This document shows, piece after piece, positions 26,801 through 33,180 of a stretch of 64,000 bases of DNA (its first letter is position 1; each line of letters begins with the position of its first letter). Both the position numbers and the translations under genes were made by a program. A model generated the notes under the pieces. The model made no database searches. It had not been told where the DNA came from and saw nothing but the letters and a program-made list of their open reading frames with translations. The stretch covers positions 15,322 to 79,321 of the forward strand of contig JAEUHI010000073.1 in assembly GCA_016795385.1 (NCBI GenBank). Reading direction: 5' to 3'. This stretch comes from Verrucomicrobiales bacterium (GTDB lineage Bacteria > Verrucomicrobiota > Verrucomicrobiia > Verrucomicrobiales > DEV007).

Positions 26801-29568
26801 TCCACGGTGGCGACGGACACGTCGTTGCCCTGAAACGCGATGGATCGCTCTGGTCCTGGGGCCGTGATGATTTCGGGCAGATGGGCAACGGAGCCGCCGC
26901 CGCTACCAACGCTCCGCAGCGCATCGGACTTGAGAGCGACTGGCGCGCCGTCTCCGCAGGCAGTCTCCACACCGTCGCGTTGAAGACGGATGGCTCGCTC
27001 TGGGCCTGGGGACGGAACCAGTTCGGTCAGCTTGGCACGGGATCCACGACGAGTTCCTCCAGCCCCGTGCGCATCGGGGTGGCGGATGATTGGATGGAGA
27101 TCGCCGCGGGCGGTCTGCATACGCTCGCCCTCAAAGCGGACGGTTCCCTCTGGGCCTGGGGTCGCAATGCCGACGGTCAGGTCGGCGACGGCACCACCAA
27201 TCAGAGCAACGCGCCGAAGCGGATCGGTTTGGACACTGATTGGGTGCGGATCGCTTCCGGTTATACCTATTCGCTCGCCCAGAAGGCCGATGGATCGCTT
27301 TGGGCGTGGGGCCGCAATGCCGACGGGCAGCTCGCTGACGGAACGCGGACGAATCGACTCGCGCCGCAGCAGATCGGTCTCGATACCGACTGGGCGGTGT
27401 TCGCCGCCGGCCGCAACCATGGCCTCGCCCTGAAGACCGACGGGTCCCTCTGGACCTGGGGTGACAACGACACCTACCAGATGGGGACCGGCTCCATCGG
27501 CGACCTCCTCATCCCAACCCGCCTCGGCACGGAGACCTGGTCGGCCATCGCAGGTGGCCTCGGGCATTCCGTGGCGATCGAACCCGAGTCGATGCGTCTC
27601 ACCATCGCGGCGAATTCCGGTCCATTCCTTCTGCCCGGTTTTGCCACCAACATCCTTGCCGGTCCGCTGGATGAGCAGGCCTTGCAGAATGTGACCTTCG
27701 AAGTCGAGAACGATGACAACGGGCTCTTCGTCACGCAGCCGGCGATTGCCCCGGATGGTACGCTCACGCTCGTTCCCGGCGTCGATGCTGGCACTTTGAC
27801 GGTCACCGCCCGCGCCAAGGACAATGGTGGCGTGGCGAACGGAGGTGATGACACAAGCCAGCCCCGGACCTTCTCGATCACCATCACGGTCGCACCCGAG
27901 ATCATTCTCACCGGCAATTCGGTGGAGATCCTGAATGGAGACGACACACCCGATGAGGCCGACCACACCGCCTTTGGGGAAACGCCGACGGTGGGTGGCT
28001 CCATTGTGCGGACCTTCACGATCTTCAATGAAGGCACCGCTCCGCTGAACCTGGGCAGCATCACGCTGAATGGCAGCAGCGCGTTCAGCGTCACGACGGC
28101 GCCTGCGTCCAACGTCGTTGATCGTCTGGGAGGTTTCCAGACTTTCTCCATCACCTTCGATCCCGCGACGGCCGGACTTCACACCACCGAGGTCAGCATC
28201 GTCAACGATGATAAAAATCCCTTTGTCTTCGAAATCGCCGGGGTGGGCATCACGCCGGAAATCTCGATCACGGGGAACTCCCTCGAGATCACGAATGGGG
28301 ACAACACGCCCGATGCCGGCGATCACACGGATTTCGGCAGCACAGAAGTCACGGGCGGCTCCGTCTCGCGGACCTACACGATCCTCAACACCGGGACCCA
28401 GGATCTGACGCTGAGTGGCGAACCGCTGGTCTCGCTCTCGGGCAGCGCCGCCTTCTCCGTCACGACGGTACCGGCCACCAATCCGGTGCCGAGGACGAAT
28501 GGTTCGACGTCCTTCGTGGTTCTCTTCGATCCGTCGTCGCGCGGCGTGCATACCGCCGTCGTTTCCATCGCGAACAACGACGAAGACGAGGCGCCCTACA
28601 CCTTCACGATCCGTGGTGTCGGTCTCGCACCGGAGATCTCCATCACCGGCAACGGCGCCGAGATCCTCTCCGGAGATACGGTGCCGTCGGCGAACGATCA
28701 CACCCTCTTCGGCAGCATCGGTGCGGCGATGACCCGGACCTTCACCATCGTGAACGGCGGCAACCTTGTCTTGAAACTCGGAACGCCGGCGGTGAGCCTC
28801 TCCGGTAGCACGTCATTTGCCCTGACGACATCTCCGGCCTCATCGGATGTCGCTGCGGAAGGGGGAGCCGTGACCTTCGGCATCACCTTCGATCCGACCG
28901 CTCCCGGAGTGCAGACCGCCACCGTCTCTATCGCCAGCGACGACACGGATGAGAATCCCTACACCTTCGCGATCCGGGGGAACGGACTCACCCAGCTCAC
29001 GGTGACCTCCTTCCGTGCGGTGATTGGAAGTGGTCGTCTCAACCTGGCGAATCTCATCGGGGCTTCTCCGGGCGGAGGGATCTTCTCCGGTCCCGGCGTG
29101 GCCGATGGATTCTTCAATCCGGACGGTCTTGCTCCCGGCAATTACACCTTGGTCTATACGGTGAAGGATGCGGTGGGTCAGGATCTCGCGACCGAGTTCG
29201 AAGTGACCGTGGCATTGAGTCCCGCCCGGCTTTCCGTGGGAAGGCCGAAGCCCATTGCGACGACGACGGTGGGCTCCAGCAGCCGTCCTCAGACGATCGA
29301 GATTCAAAATCTCGGGGGAGAATCGGCCGGTTCGGTCCGTGTTCTGATCTCCGGCAAAGGAGCGAAAGATTTCCGCATCAAGCAGCCCGGATCGACGATT
29401 CAGGGTGGTGGCAGGGATAGCTTCGAGGTGACCTTCGCTCCGCGGAAAACAGGAGTCCGCAAAGCAAGAGTCACGATCATGAGCAGCGCGGGGTCGGTCA
29501 GTATCAAACTGAGCGGTCGGGCCGAGGCCCGGAAATCCAACGCCAGCGGCCACCTCCCGGGTGGCTGA
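17857..29568 (+). CDS. giant (3,903 aa) surface protein: two BNR propellers, 16 cadherin-like domains, Ig-like domains, 7-blade RCC1 block, multiple choice-of-anchor-D/ASH domains
   Basis: Start at the ATG giving signal peptide MRTFCHPLKSFVRATLFAAIGVVASFTLQPARAQ; in-frame ATGs at 17776 and 17711 are less signal-like. Asp-boxes STDSGATW, TTDGGITW and STDAGLTW. Cadherin units NEAPTDISLSN..PENAGAN..GDPDAGATHT..LVAGTGSTDNAAF. RCC1 WSWGDNFYGELGDG and WAWGRNQFGQLGTG. ASH-like FTIFNEGTAPLNL...FSITFDP repeated. Confidence 0.85.
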   Translation: MRTFCHPLKSFVRATLFAAIGVVASFTLQPARAQYAGGVWTAVPDFGFNNIDGLSSKLSQNGQVGIFGCWGGPLFRTLDGGTTWNQTLTGITPNGIAMSSNGQKIFLAVRDFPIHVSTNSGTNWSPVSGLASFWADVDCSADGLIAIACRGNTGTVHVTTNGGLNSGDWTEQVIAGATNINFVACSSDGTKRFAASSNGFIYTWDSGSGWVQRDSSRQWAGLTSSSDGTKLAATVSGGNVYTSTDSGATWTARATSDSWTRIDSSDDGSVLITSVSSGTAKGLYTSYDSGVTWTLRASSLNPSNPLHWRGASVSGDGTRMFAPIGGGTAPQALYMSDTSPGPSQAPAGTDRTVTATSGTYSFTKTDFGFTDSDSPTNNFTAVKITTLPGGSLTLGGNPVTAGQVIPVTTLPAGETWASTTPPSDYPTSFALSENGSTILMTGWNGGIYRSTDGGTTWTNRLSATFRGAVAITPDGTRAIAVRRPGAVYTSTDSGETFVSQGTNRFYTCVAISNDGMKAIAGTDGDSLYLTTDGGITWNAVTDPVAGTGSWTDVACSADGTKLIASKYNGTLYTSTDSGATWTARDVARAWFGVSSSGDGTKLAAAVNGGNIYTSTDSGATWTPRATSQNWATINSSSDGNVLIATLGIGNVYTSTDAGLTWTDRDSSRNWVASGVSYNGGKMIAGVGGASGGLPAGGPQAFLSNGPPPVFPVWTGSSNTSFTFQVRDDGSTANGGVTEDPTANTMTIQIPNVAPTDISLSSTAINENAGANAVVGALAATDGDSGDTHTFSLVAGSGDTDNGSFNINGANLRLNASADYETKTSYNVRIQANDGKGGLFQKAFTITVINLNDVVPVITAVSRYLITGGANANANAMRLMRLNADGSAILSNTALPSLVLTAGSGNAVYNPTSGYLVFGGNTLDLNSYLAGGSFAVSAVSGLANNSPWSAHLPSGRFVTPRRNGTSNAPVETLNPLTGIITSGANHSAFIPEASWIYNGNLYNLNEGYGLLQIPVAADGSTTGSMTSAPSNFTTALGIPHGNGTYTEVSRLAIDPSDGTALFSNGFQNLYLFDFDGPYAMGGYTLVNLYSHILTSGGGFTYNPALTNGSNVTYDSAAEVFYAAGSLSNGTDYRGFLVRITKAGAVTVLAQELAGDPVYTGFLAGLAYAQVSGNTFSLTENSANGTTVGTLTATDGDAGATTFSDWTITGGNTGGAFAINATNGQITVANTAAVDFETTPVFNLTVTVSDGVNTSAPISVTINLANANEPATDITLSGSTILENAAANTVVGTLAATGDPDAGATHTFSLVAGIGSTDNAAFNINGNDLRLTGSANFEAKNSYSIRLRATDNLGATYDEVFTILVADVNEPPTSISLSATSLPENSGANAVVGTISAIGDPDVGSAHTFELVAGTGDEDNSAFNVSTHFLRLTANGDFEAKPSYSIRLRANDGLGGSVEQQFTITLTNVNEPPTGLNLSNSSIDENIAPNSTVGSLTATGDPDAGASHTYSLVSGTGDTDNAAFNILGNALRLTGVADFETKASYSVRIQASDGLGGTFADAYTITVNNLPEGATDITLTNASLPENNTPPTTVGTLAAIGDPNPGDTQTLSLVSGTGSTDNGAFLIDGTTLRLNVAANFEAKSTYSIRVQADDGNGGLFSKALTISITNVNEPPTDLSLSNTILPENSGANAIIGTVAALGDPDAGATHVFTLVTGTGSTDNTLFNLTGSTLRKLTNADYEDRTSYSIRIRADDGLGGVFEKPFTITVTDVNEAPTDISLSGNTVPENAGANVLIGSLAALGDPDAGASHTFSLVAGTGGTDNGAFNLLGASLRLTASADFEAKPSYSIRVRASDGIDGTFEKVFTISVTNVNEAPTDISLSNATVPENAGANAVVGTVAAVGDPDAGATHTYSLVAGAGDTDNAAFNLSGASLRLTASADFETKASYTVRVRASDGIDGFFEKAFTITVTNVNEAPTDLTINDATVDENAGANAVVGSFTTVGDPDAGAVHTYTLVSGVDDDDNTAFNINGANLRLTASANFEVKSSYKVRVRTDDGQLGTFEKAFTITVNNVNEAPTDLTLGNSSVPENAGANAVVGTLTATGDPDAGATHSYALVAGTGDTDNAAFNIDGASLRLTASADFEVKSSYIVRVRADDGLGGTFDKAFTISVTNVNEAPTDISLSNASIPENAGANAIIGALSALGDPDAGATHTFALVSGTGSTDNGAFILSGNSLRLSASADFETKSSYSIRVEANDGLGGTFAKAFTISITNVNEAPTDISLSNTSVPENGGINLVVGSLAALGDPDAGAAHTFSLVAGTGSTDNAAFNIDGTSLRLSASANFEVKSSYSVRVEASDGLGGTFAKAFTIAVTNVNESPTDISLSNASIPENGGINALVGDLSAIGDPDAGATHTFALVSGAGSTDNAAFILSGNSLRLSASADFETKSSYSVRVEASDGLGGTFAKAFTISITNVNEAPNDISLSNTTVPENGGNNLLVGSLAALGDPDAGATHAFSLVAGTGSTDNAAFSIDGTSLRLSASADFEVKSSYSVRVEANDGLGGTFAKAFTILISNVNEPPTDISLSNNSVPENAGINALVGNLSALGDPDGGATHSFTLVAGPGSTDNADFNISGASLRLNASANFEVKALYQIRVRADDGAGGTYEKPFVVNITDVNEAPSVTNVSATGDEDAVGITVTFSGNDPDSNPLTYSIVAGPLASEGTLGAITANTVVFTPAANFNGVVNFTYKATDGSLESNTGTATVTVNAVNDAPTITDVSGLSILEDGTTGPLAFTIGDVDAGAVLSVSAWTNNQTLAPDGELVLGGSGSARTITVTPEPDQNGAVTVTVQVSDGLLTAQDTFVVNVTPVNDEPTFELSGMPLFSPLDPNAEGRVWAWGLNNDGQIGDGSIGTAGQPVQVGSQTDWHKVATGDQFTLAIKSDGTLWSWGDNFYGELGDGTTTDRDVPVQIGAENDWESVHGGDGHVVALKRDGSLWSWGRDDFGQMGNGAAAATNAPQRIGLESDWRAVSAGSLHTVALKTDGSLWAWGRNQFGQLGTGSTTSSSSPVRIGVADDWMEIAAGGLHTLALKADGSLWAWGRNADGQVGDGTTNQSNAPKRIGLDTDWVRIASGYTYSLAQKADGSLWAWGRNADGQLADGTRTNRLAPQQIGLDTDWAVFAAGRNHGLALKTDGSLWTWGDNDTYQMGTGSIGDLLIPTRLGTETWSAIAGGLGHSVAIEPESMRLTIAANSGPFLLPGFATNILAGPLDEQALQNVTFEVENDDNGLFVTQPAIAPDGTLTLVPGVDAGTLTVTARAKDNGGVANGGDDTSQPRTFSITITVAPEIILTGNSVEILNGDDTPDEADHTAFGETPTVGGSIVRTFTIFNEGTAPLNLGSITLNGSSAFSVTTAPASNVVDRLGGFQTFSITFDPATAGLHTTEVSIVNDDKNPFVFEIAGVGITPEISITGNSLEITNGDNTPDAGDHTDFGSTEVTGGSVSRTYTILNTGTQDLTLSGEPLVSLSGSAAFSVTTVPATNPVPRTNGSTSFVVLFDPSSRGVHTAVVSIANNDEDEAPYTFTIRGVGLAPEISITGNGAEILSGDTVPSANDHTLFGSIGAAMTRTFTIVNGGNLVLKLGTPAVSLSGSTSFALTTSPASSDVAAEGGAVTFGITFDPTAPGVQTATVSIASDDTDENPYTFAIRGNGLTQLTVTSFRAVIGSGRLNLANLIGASPGGGIFSGPGVADGFFNPDGLAPGNYTLVYTVKDAVGQDLATEFEVTVALSPARLSVGRPKPIATTTVGSSSRPQTIEIQNLGGESAGSVRVLISGKGAKDFRIKQPGSTIQGGGRDSFEVTFAPRKTGVRKARVTIMSSAGSVSIKLSGRAEARKSNASGHLPGG
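21652..25893 (+). repeat. 14 head-to-tail 303-bp (101-aa) cadherin-like coding repeats
   Basis: Each unit starts N-E-[APS]-P and ends ...T[IV].[VI][TNS][ND]V. 4242 bp equals exactly 14 x 303. Units 10-13 (24376-25587) form a 606-bp two-unit super-repeat. Confidence 0.9.
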
Positions 29569-29583
29569 GATTCTCTTCATCTG

Positions 29584-29633
29584 CCGGGCGGGGTATCGGG
29601 GGAATCCCCTTGAAATCCCGCCCGGTCGTTTCG
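29584..29633 (+). terminator. candidate intrinsic terminator/attenuator hairpin between the giant gene and asnS
   Basis: Perfect 9-bp GC stem CCGGGCGGG (29584-29592) / CCCGCCCGG (29617-29625) enclosing a 24-nt loop. The tail TCGTTTCG is only moderately T-rich. Confidence 0.4.
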
Positions 29634-29644
29634 ATACTCCGGAT

Positions 29645-31012
29645 ATGTCCCGCCTCCGAGTTGTCGAAATCCTGAGAAGTGAATCCTCCCCCGGTCACGT
29701 CGTCGTGAAGGGCTGGGTGCGGACGAAGCGCGACTCGAAGGCCTTCTCCTTTCTGGAGCTGAACGACGGGAGCTGTCTCGGCAATCTCCAGGTCGTCGCC
29801 GACGCGACCTTGCCGGGATACGAAGAGGCCGTCGTGCCCGCGCGCACGGGAGCCTCGATCGAGGTCGAGGGAGAGATCGTCGCGTCACAGGGGCAGGGGC
29901 AGCGTTGGGAGCTGCAGGCCTCGCGGGTCGTCCTGATCGGACCCGCGCCCGAGGATTACCCGCTGCAGAAAAAGGGCCACACGATGGAGTTCATGCGCTC
30001 AATCGCGCACCTCCGGCCGCGGTCCAATCTCTTCGGCGCGGTCTTCCGGATCCGCAGCCGCATGGCCTATGCGATCCACCAGTTTTTCCAGGAGCGCGGA
30101 TTTGTCTACGTGCACACGCCCATCATCACCGCCTCGGACTGCGAGGGTGCCGGCGAGATGTTCCGTGTCGTAACCATGGAGGGCGAAAAAGTGCGGGCGG
30201 GTGCCGACGAATTTTTCGGCAAACCCACCTATCTGACGGTGAGCGGCCAGCTCGAGGGCGAGACTTTCGCCTGCGCCTTGTCGAACATCTACACCTTCGG
30301 ACCCACCTTTCGCGCCGAAAACTCGCACACCTCGCGCCACGCCGCCGAGTTCTGGATGATCGAGCCCGAAATCGCCTTCTGCGACCTCGAAGGCGACATG
30401 ACCCTGGCCGAGGAGATGGTGAAATACCTCGTCGACGATGCCCTCGTGCATTGCGCCGAGGATCTCGACTTCTGCAACCGCTTCGTCGACAAGGGCCTCC
30501 TCGAGCGGCTCGAGTTCGTCCGCGACCGGGCCTTCGAGCGTATCTCTTACACCGCGGCGGTGGAGCTGCTCCTCGCGAGTGGGCAGACCTTCGAGTATCC
30601 CGTCCAGTATGGTCTCGCCCTCCAGTCCGAACACGAGCGTTACCTGACCGAGCAACATTTCCGCTGCCCCACCACGGTCTACAACTACCCGAAGGAGATC
30701 AAACCCTTCTACATGCGCCGCAACGACGACGGCAAAACGGTCGCCGCGATGGATCTGCTCGTGCCCGGCATCGGCGAGATCGTCGGCGGGAGCCAGCGCG
30801 AGGAACGGCTCGACGTGCTCCTCGCGAACCTGTGCGAGCAGGGGCTGGACCCGTCCGCCTACGACTGGTATGTCGACCTGCGCCGCTACGGCACCGTGCC
30901 GCACGCGGGCTTCGGTCTCGGATTCGAGCGGCTCCTCATGTTCATCACCGGCGTGGGGAACATCCGCGACGTCATTCCCTTCCCGCGCACACCGGGGACG
31001 GCGGAGTTTTAA
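29645..31012 (+). CDS. asnS: asparagine--tRNA ligase
   Basis: Collinear with E. coli AsnRS: VKGWVRTKRDSKAFSFLELNDGSC, GAGEMFRV, IYTFGPTFRAENSHTSRHAAEFWMIEPE, GIGEIVGGSQREERLDVL and GFGLGFERL...IPFPRTPG. Start at the ATG MSRLRV. Confidence 0.95.
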   Translation: MSRLRVVEILRSESSPGHVVVKGWVRTKRDSKAFSFLELNDGSCLGNLQVVADATLPGYEEAVVPARTGASIEVEGEIVASQGQGQRWELQASRVVLIGPAPEDYPLQKKGHTMEFMRSIAHLRPRSNLFGAVFRIRSRMAYAIHQFFQERGFVYVHTPIITASDCEGAGEMFRVVTMEGEKVRAGADEFFGKPTYLTVSGQLEGETFACALSNIYTFGPTFRAENSHTSRHAAEFWMIEPEIAFCDLEGDMTLAEEMVKYLVDDALVHCAEDLDFCNRFVDKGLLERLEFVRDRAFERISYTAAVELLLASGQTFEYPVQYGLALQSEHERYLTEQHFRCPTTVYNYPKEIKPFYMRRNDDGKTVAAMDLLVPGIGEIVGGSQREERLDVLLANLCEQGLDPSAYDWYVDLRRYGTVPHAGFGLGFERLLMFITGVGNIRDVIPFPRTPGTAEF

Positions 31013-31035
31013 AGCGTGGATCACGGTTGAGAGCA

Positions 31036-31545
31036 ATGAACTCCGACTTTCTCATCCGTGAGTGGAATCCCTCGGACAGCGTCAGCGCCCTGACCCGGTT
31101 GCTTCATGATGCCTACGCCCCGCTCGCGGCGAAAGGATTTCGGTTTCTTGCCTCGCATCAGGACGACACCATGACTCTGCGGAGGCTGTCGGAAGGGTGG
31201 AGTTTCGTTCTTGAGAGAGATCGTGAAGTAATTGGCACGATCAGTCTCCGAGGCCCCGATGCCGGGAGCGAATGTGAATGGTATTGCCGTCCCGACGTCT
31301 TTTCCATCGGTCAGTTCGCAGTAAGGCCGGATTGTCAGGGCCAGGGCTTTGGCAGCCGATTACTGTCCCATGGCGAAGCTCGTGCCCGCCAGTGGGGAGC
31401 CGTACATCTCGCGCTCGACACTGCGGAAGGTGCGGCCGAGCTGCTCGCCTGGTACGCCCGACTTGAATTTCAGCTCGTCGGAACGGTCTGTTGGCCCGAG
31501 ACCAATTACCGCAGCAAGGTGCTCTCGAAACGACTTCTTTCCTGA
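31036..31545 (+). CDS. GNAT family N-acetyltransferase
   Basis: 169 aa. The acetyl-CoA binding block FAVRPDCQGQGFGSRLL fits the Q/RxxGxG/A motif. Only the last third of track ORF 29905..31545 is real; the rest is an asnS shadow. Confidence 0.75.
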   Translation: MNSDFLIREWNPSDSVSALTRLLHDAYAPLAAKGFRFLASHQDDTMTLRRLSEGWSFVLERDREVIGTISLRGPDAGSECEWYCRPDVFSIGQFAVRPDCQGQGFGSRLLSHGEARARQWGAVHLALDTAEGAAELLAWYARLEFQLVGTVCWPETNYRSKVLSKRLLS

Positions 31546-31575
31546 AGTCGGTGCCGCCTTCGCGATCCGATCTTC

Positions 31576-32982
31576 TCACCCGCGCGGCACCACCGTCGTC
31601 CCCACTCCGCAAAAGAGCGCGCGCTGCTTCGAGTTCCCCGTGCCGAGCGAGGCGCTCTTGCGCATTTCGAAGACTTCGCCGCTCTCACAAAGCAACAATA
31701 TCTCTCCGCGCGGACCCGGCCGCAGCGCGGTGAAATGCTTTTTGCCGAAGCGGGAGAGATCCACCCTCGAAAGCCGCGGACCCATGGCGTCGGTCTCTCC
31801 GGGACGCATCGCGAGGAGTTGTCCGTCGTGGCTCGCGATGAGGAGATTCCCGGCGAGCGAGGGGAATTGTTCGCCGCGGTAGATGAGGCCGCCCGAGGTT
31901 TTCGCCACCGATCCGGAAAGACGGTCGAGGGACACCGAGGGGGCGGTGACGACCTCCTCGAGGCGGGCTCGGGCGGCCCGGTTGAGACGTTCGGCATTTT
32001 CACCGATGTCCCATCCGTAGTGTTCGCCTCCGTAGAGGCTCAGATTGATCTCGTCGCGTCCGTCCCCGGCGCTTTCGGCGATGCAGAGCCCGCGTTGGAA
32101 AGGATCGTAGGCGAGACTCTGCGGGGCGCGCAGCCCGAAAACCCAGAGTTCCGGCAGGGCCTCGCTCACGAGCCGGAAAGGATTGCCCTCGGGAATACCG
32201 TACTGGCCATTGACCGAATTCCTTCCCATCGGATCGATGCGCAGCACCTTGCCGTAGACATTCATCAGCGAGGACGCGTTCCGTGAGGGGCTGTGCTTTC
32301 CGACCTCGGCGACGGCACCGTCTCCAACCCCGATGTAGAGATTTCCCGTCGGATCAAAGGCGAGCCCGCGCACATTGTGATCGGCCCCGGGCTGGCTGAG
32401 GCGCATCAGCTCGCGACGCGTCCCGCGGAATTCGGGCAGCAGGGGATCCTCCACGGTGTATTCGTAGACCACGTCCTGATGATGTTCGGTACCGCCACCG
32501 AACTCGGGTGAGAAATCGACCTGCGAGGATCCGCTGTGCTCGGCCACCACGACGTAGAAGCAACCGTAGCCGGGGGTCTCCTTCATCAGGAAATTCGGAT
32601 GAAGCGCCAGGCTGGAGAATCCGATCGATCCCTCCGTTCGTTCATCGGCGAGACTCGCGTAGCGGGTCGCGTCCGTGCCCCCACCGACAGCTGGAGCGAC
32701 TCGGACGATCGTGCCATCGGCACCGAGGAGGTAGTAGACTCCGAGGGCATCGCCCACGGCATCGACCGGTGCGTTGATCTTGGCGAGCAACTGGGGCTCG
32801 GCATCGACGACCACCTCCGGGCGATAGGTGAATTCAATCCCGGATGCTGTCCGGCTCTCGACGGGCTGCCCGCTTCGGTCCGTGCGCCAGTCGTGAGCGA
32901 CCAGATAACTGACCACTCCCAATCCCAGCGACAGCCCGAAAAGTCCGATTTTGGCGAGGAGGGAGAGGATCCAGTGATTCAT
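31576..32982 (-). CDS. PQQ-dependent (soluble glucose/sorbosone dehydrogenase family) sugar dehydrogenase, N-terminal membrane anchor
   Basis: N-terminal TM MNHWILSLLAKIGLFGLSLGLGVV. Propeller motifs HNVRGLAFDPTGNLYIGVGDG, YGKVLRIDP, GIPEGNPF and ELWVFGLRAPQSLAYDP. Confidence 0.7.
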   Translation of the reverse strand: MNHWILSLLAKIGLFGLSLGLGVVSYLVAHDWRTDRSGQPVESRTASGIEFTYRPEVVVDAEPQLLAKINAPVDAVGDALGVYYLLGADGTIVRVAPAVGGGTDATRYASLADERTEGSIGFSSLALHPNFLMKETPGYGCFYVVVAEHSGSSQVDFSPEFGGGTEHHQDVVYEYTVEDPLLPEFRGTRRELMRLSQPGADHNVRGLAFDPTGNLYIGVGDGAVAEVGKHSPSRNASSLMNVYGKVLRIDPMGRNSVNGQYGIPEGNPFRLVSEALPELWVFGLRAPQSLAYDPFQRGLCIAESAGDGRDEINLSLYGGEHYGWDIGENAERLNRAARARLEEVVTAPSVSLDRLSGSVAKTSGGLIYRGEQFPSLAGNLLIASHDGQLLAMRPGETDAMGPRLSRVDLSRFGKKHFTALRPGPRGEILLLCESGEVFEMRKSASLGTGNSKQRALFCGVGTTVVPRG

Positions 32983-33112
32983 GACTCGGAAAAAGGGTCG
33001 GGAGTGCTTCTCGAATTTTCATAGTTAATACGAGATTCTGCTAAAATTTTCAAGAATGATGTGCAGAATTATTAAAAGCTCTCAAAAATGAGAGTGGCTT
33101 TCTATGCAGGGC

Positions 33113-33140
33113 GCAAAAAAAGAGCGGAGAATGCCTCCGC
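33113..33140 (-). terminator. Rho-independent terminator of the sulfatase gene
   Basis: On the minus strand: GCGGAG-GCATT-CTCCGC hairpin (33124-33140) followed by TCTTTTTTT (A-run 33115-33121 on the plus strand). It lies 40 nt past the stop at 33181. Confidence 0.7.
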
Positions 33141-33180
33141 CCTTTCTTCCTTGAATGGGGAACCTTCTCTTTGAGGGGAT

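Noticed and set aside
22831-28701. 1,956-aa minus-strand ORF covering most of the cadherin and RCC1 region
   Set aside because: It is antisense to the giant gene in the phase that shares its GC-rich wobble position. The translation is Arg/Gly/Asp/Glu-rich low complexity with no motifs, while the plus-strand frame has clear domain signatures. This is a classic high-GC shadow ORF.
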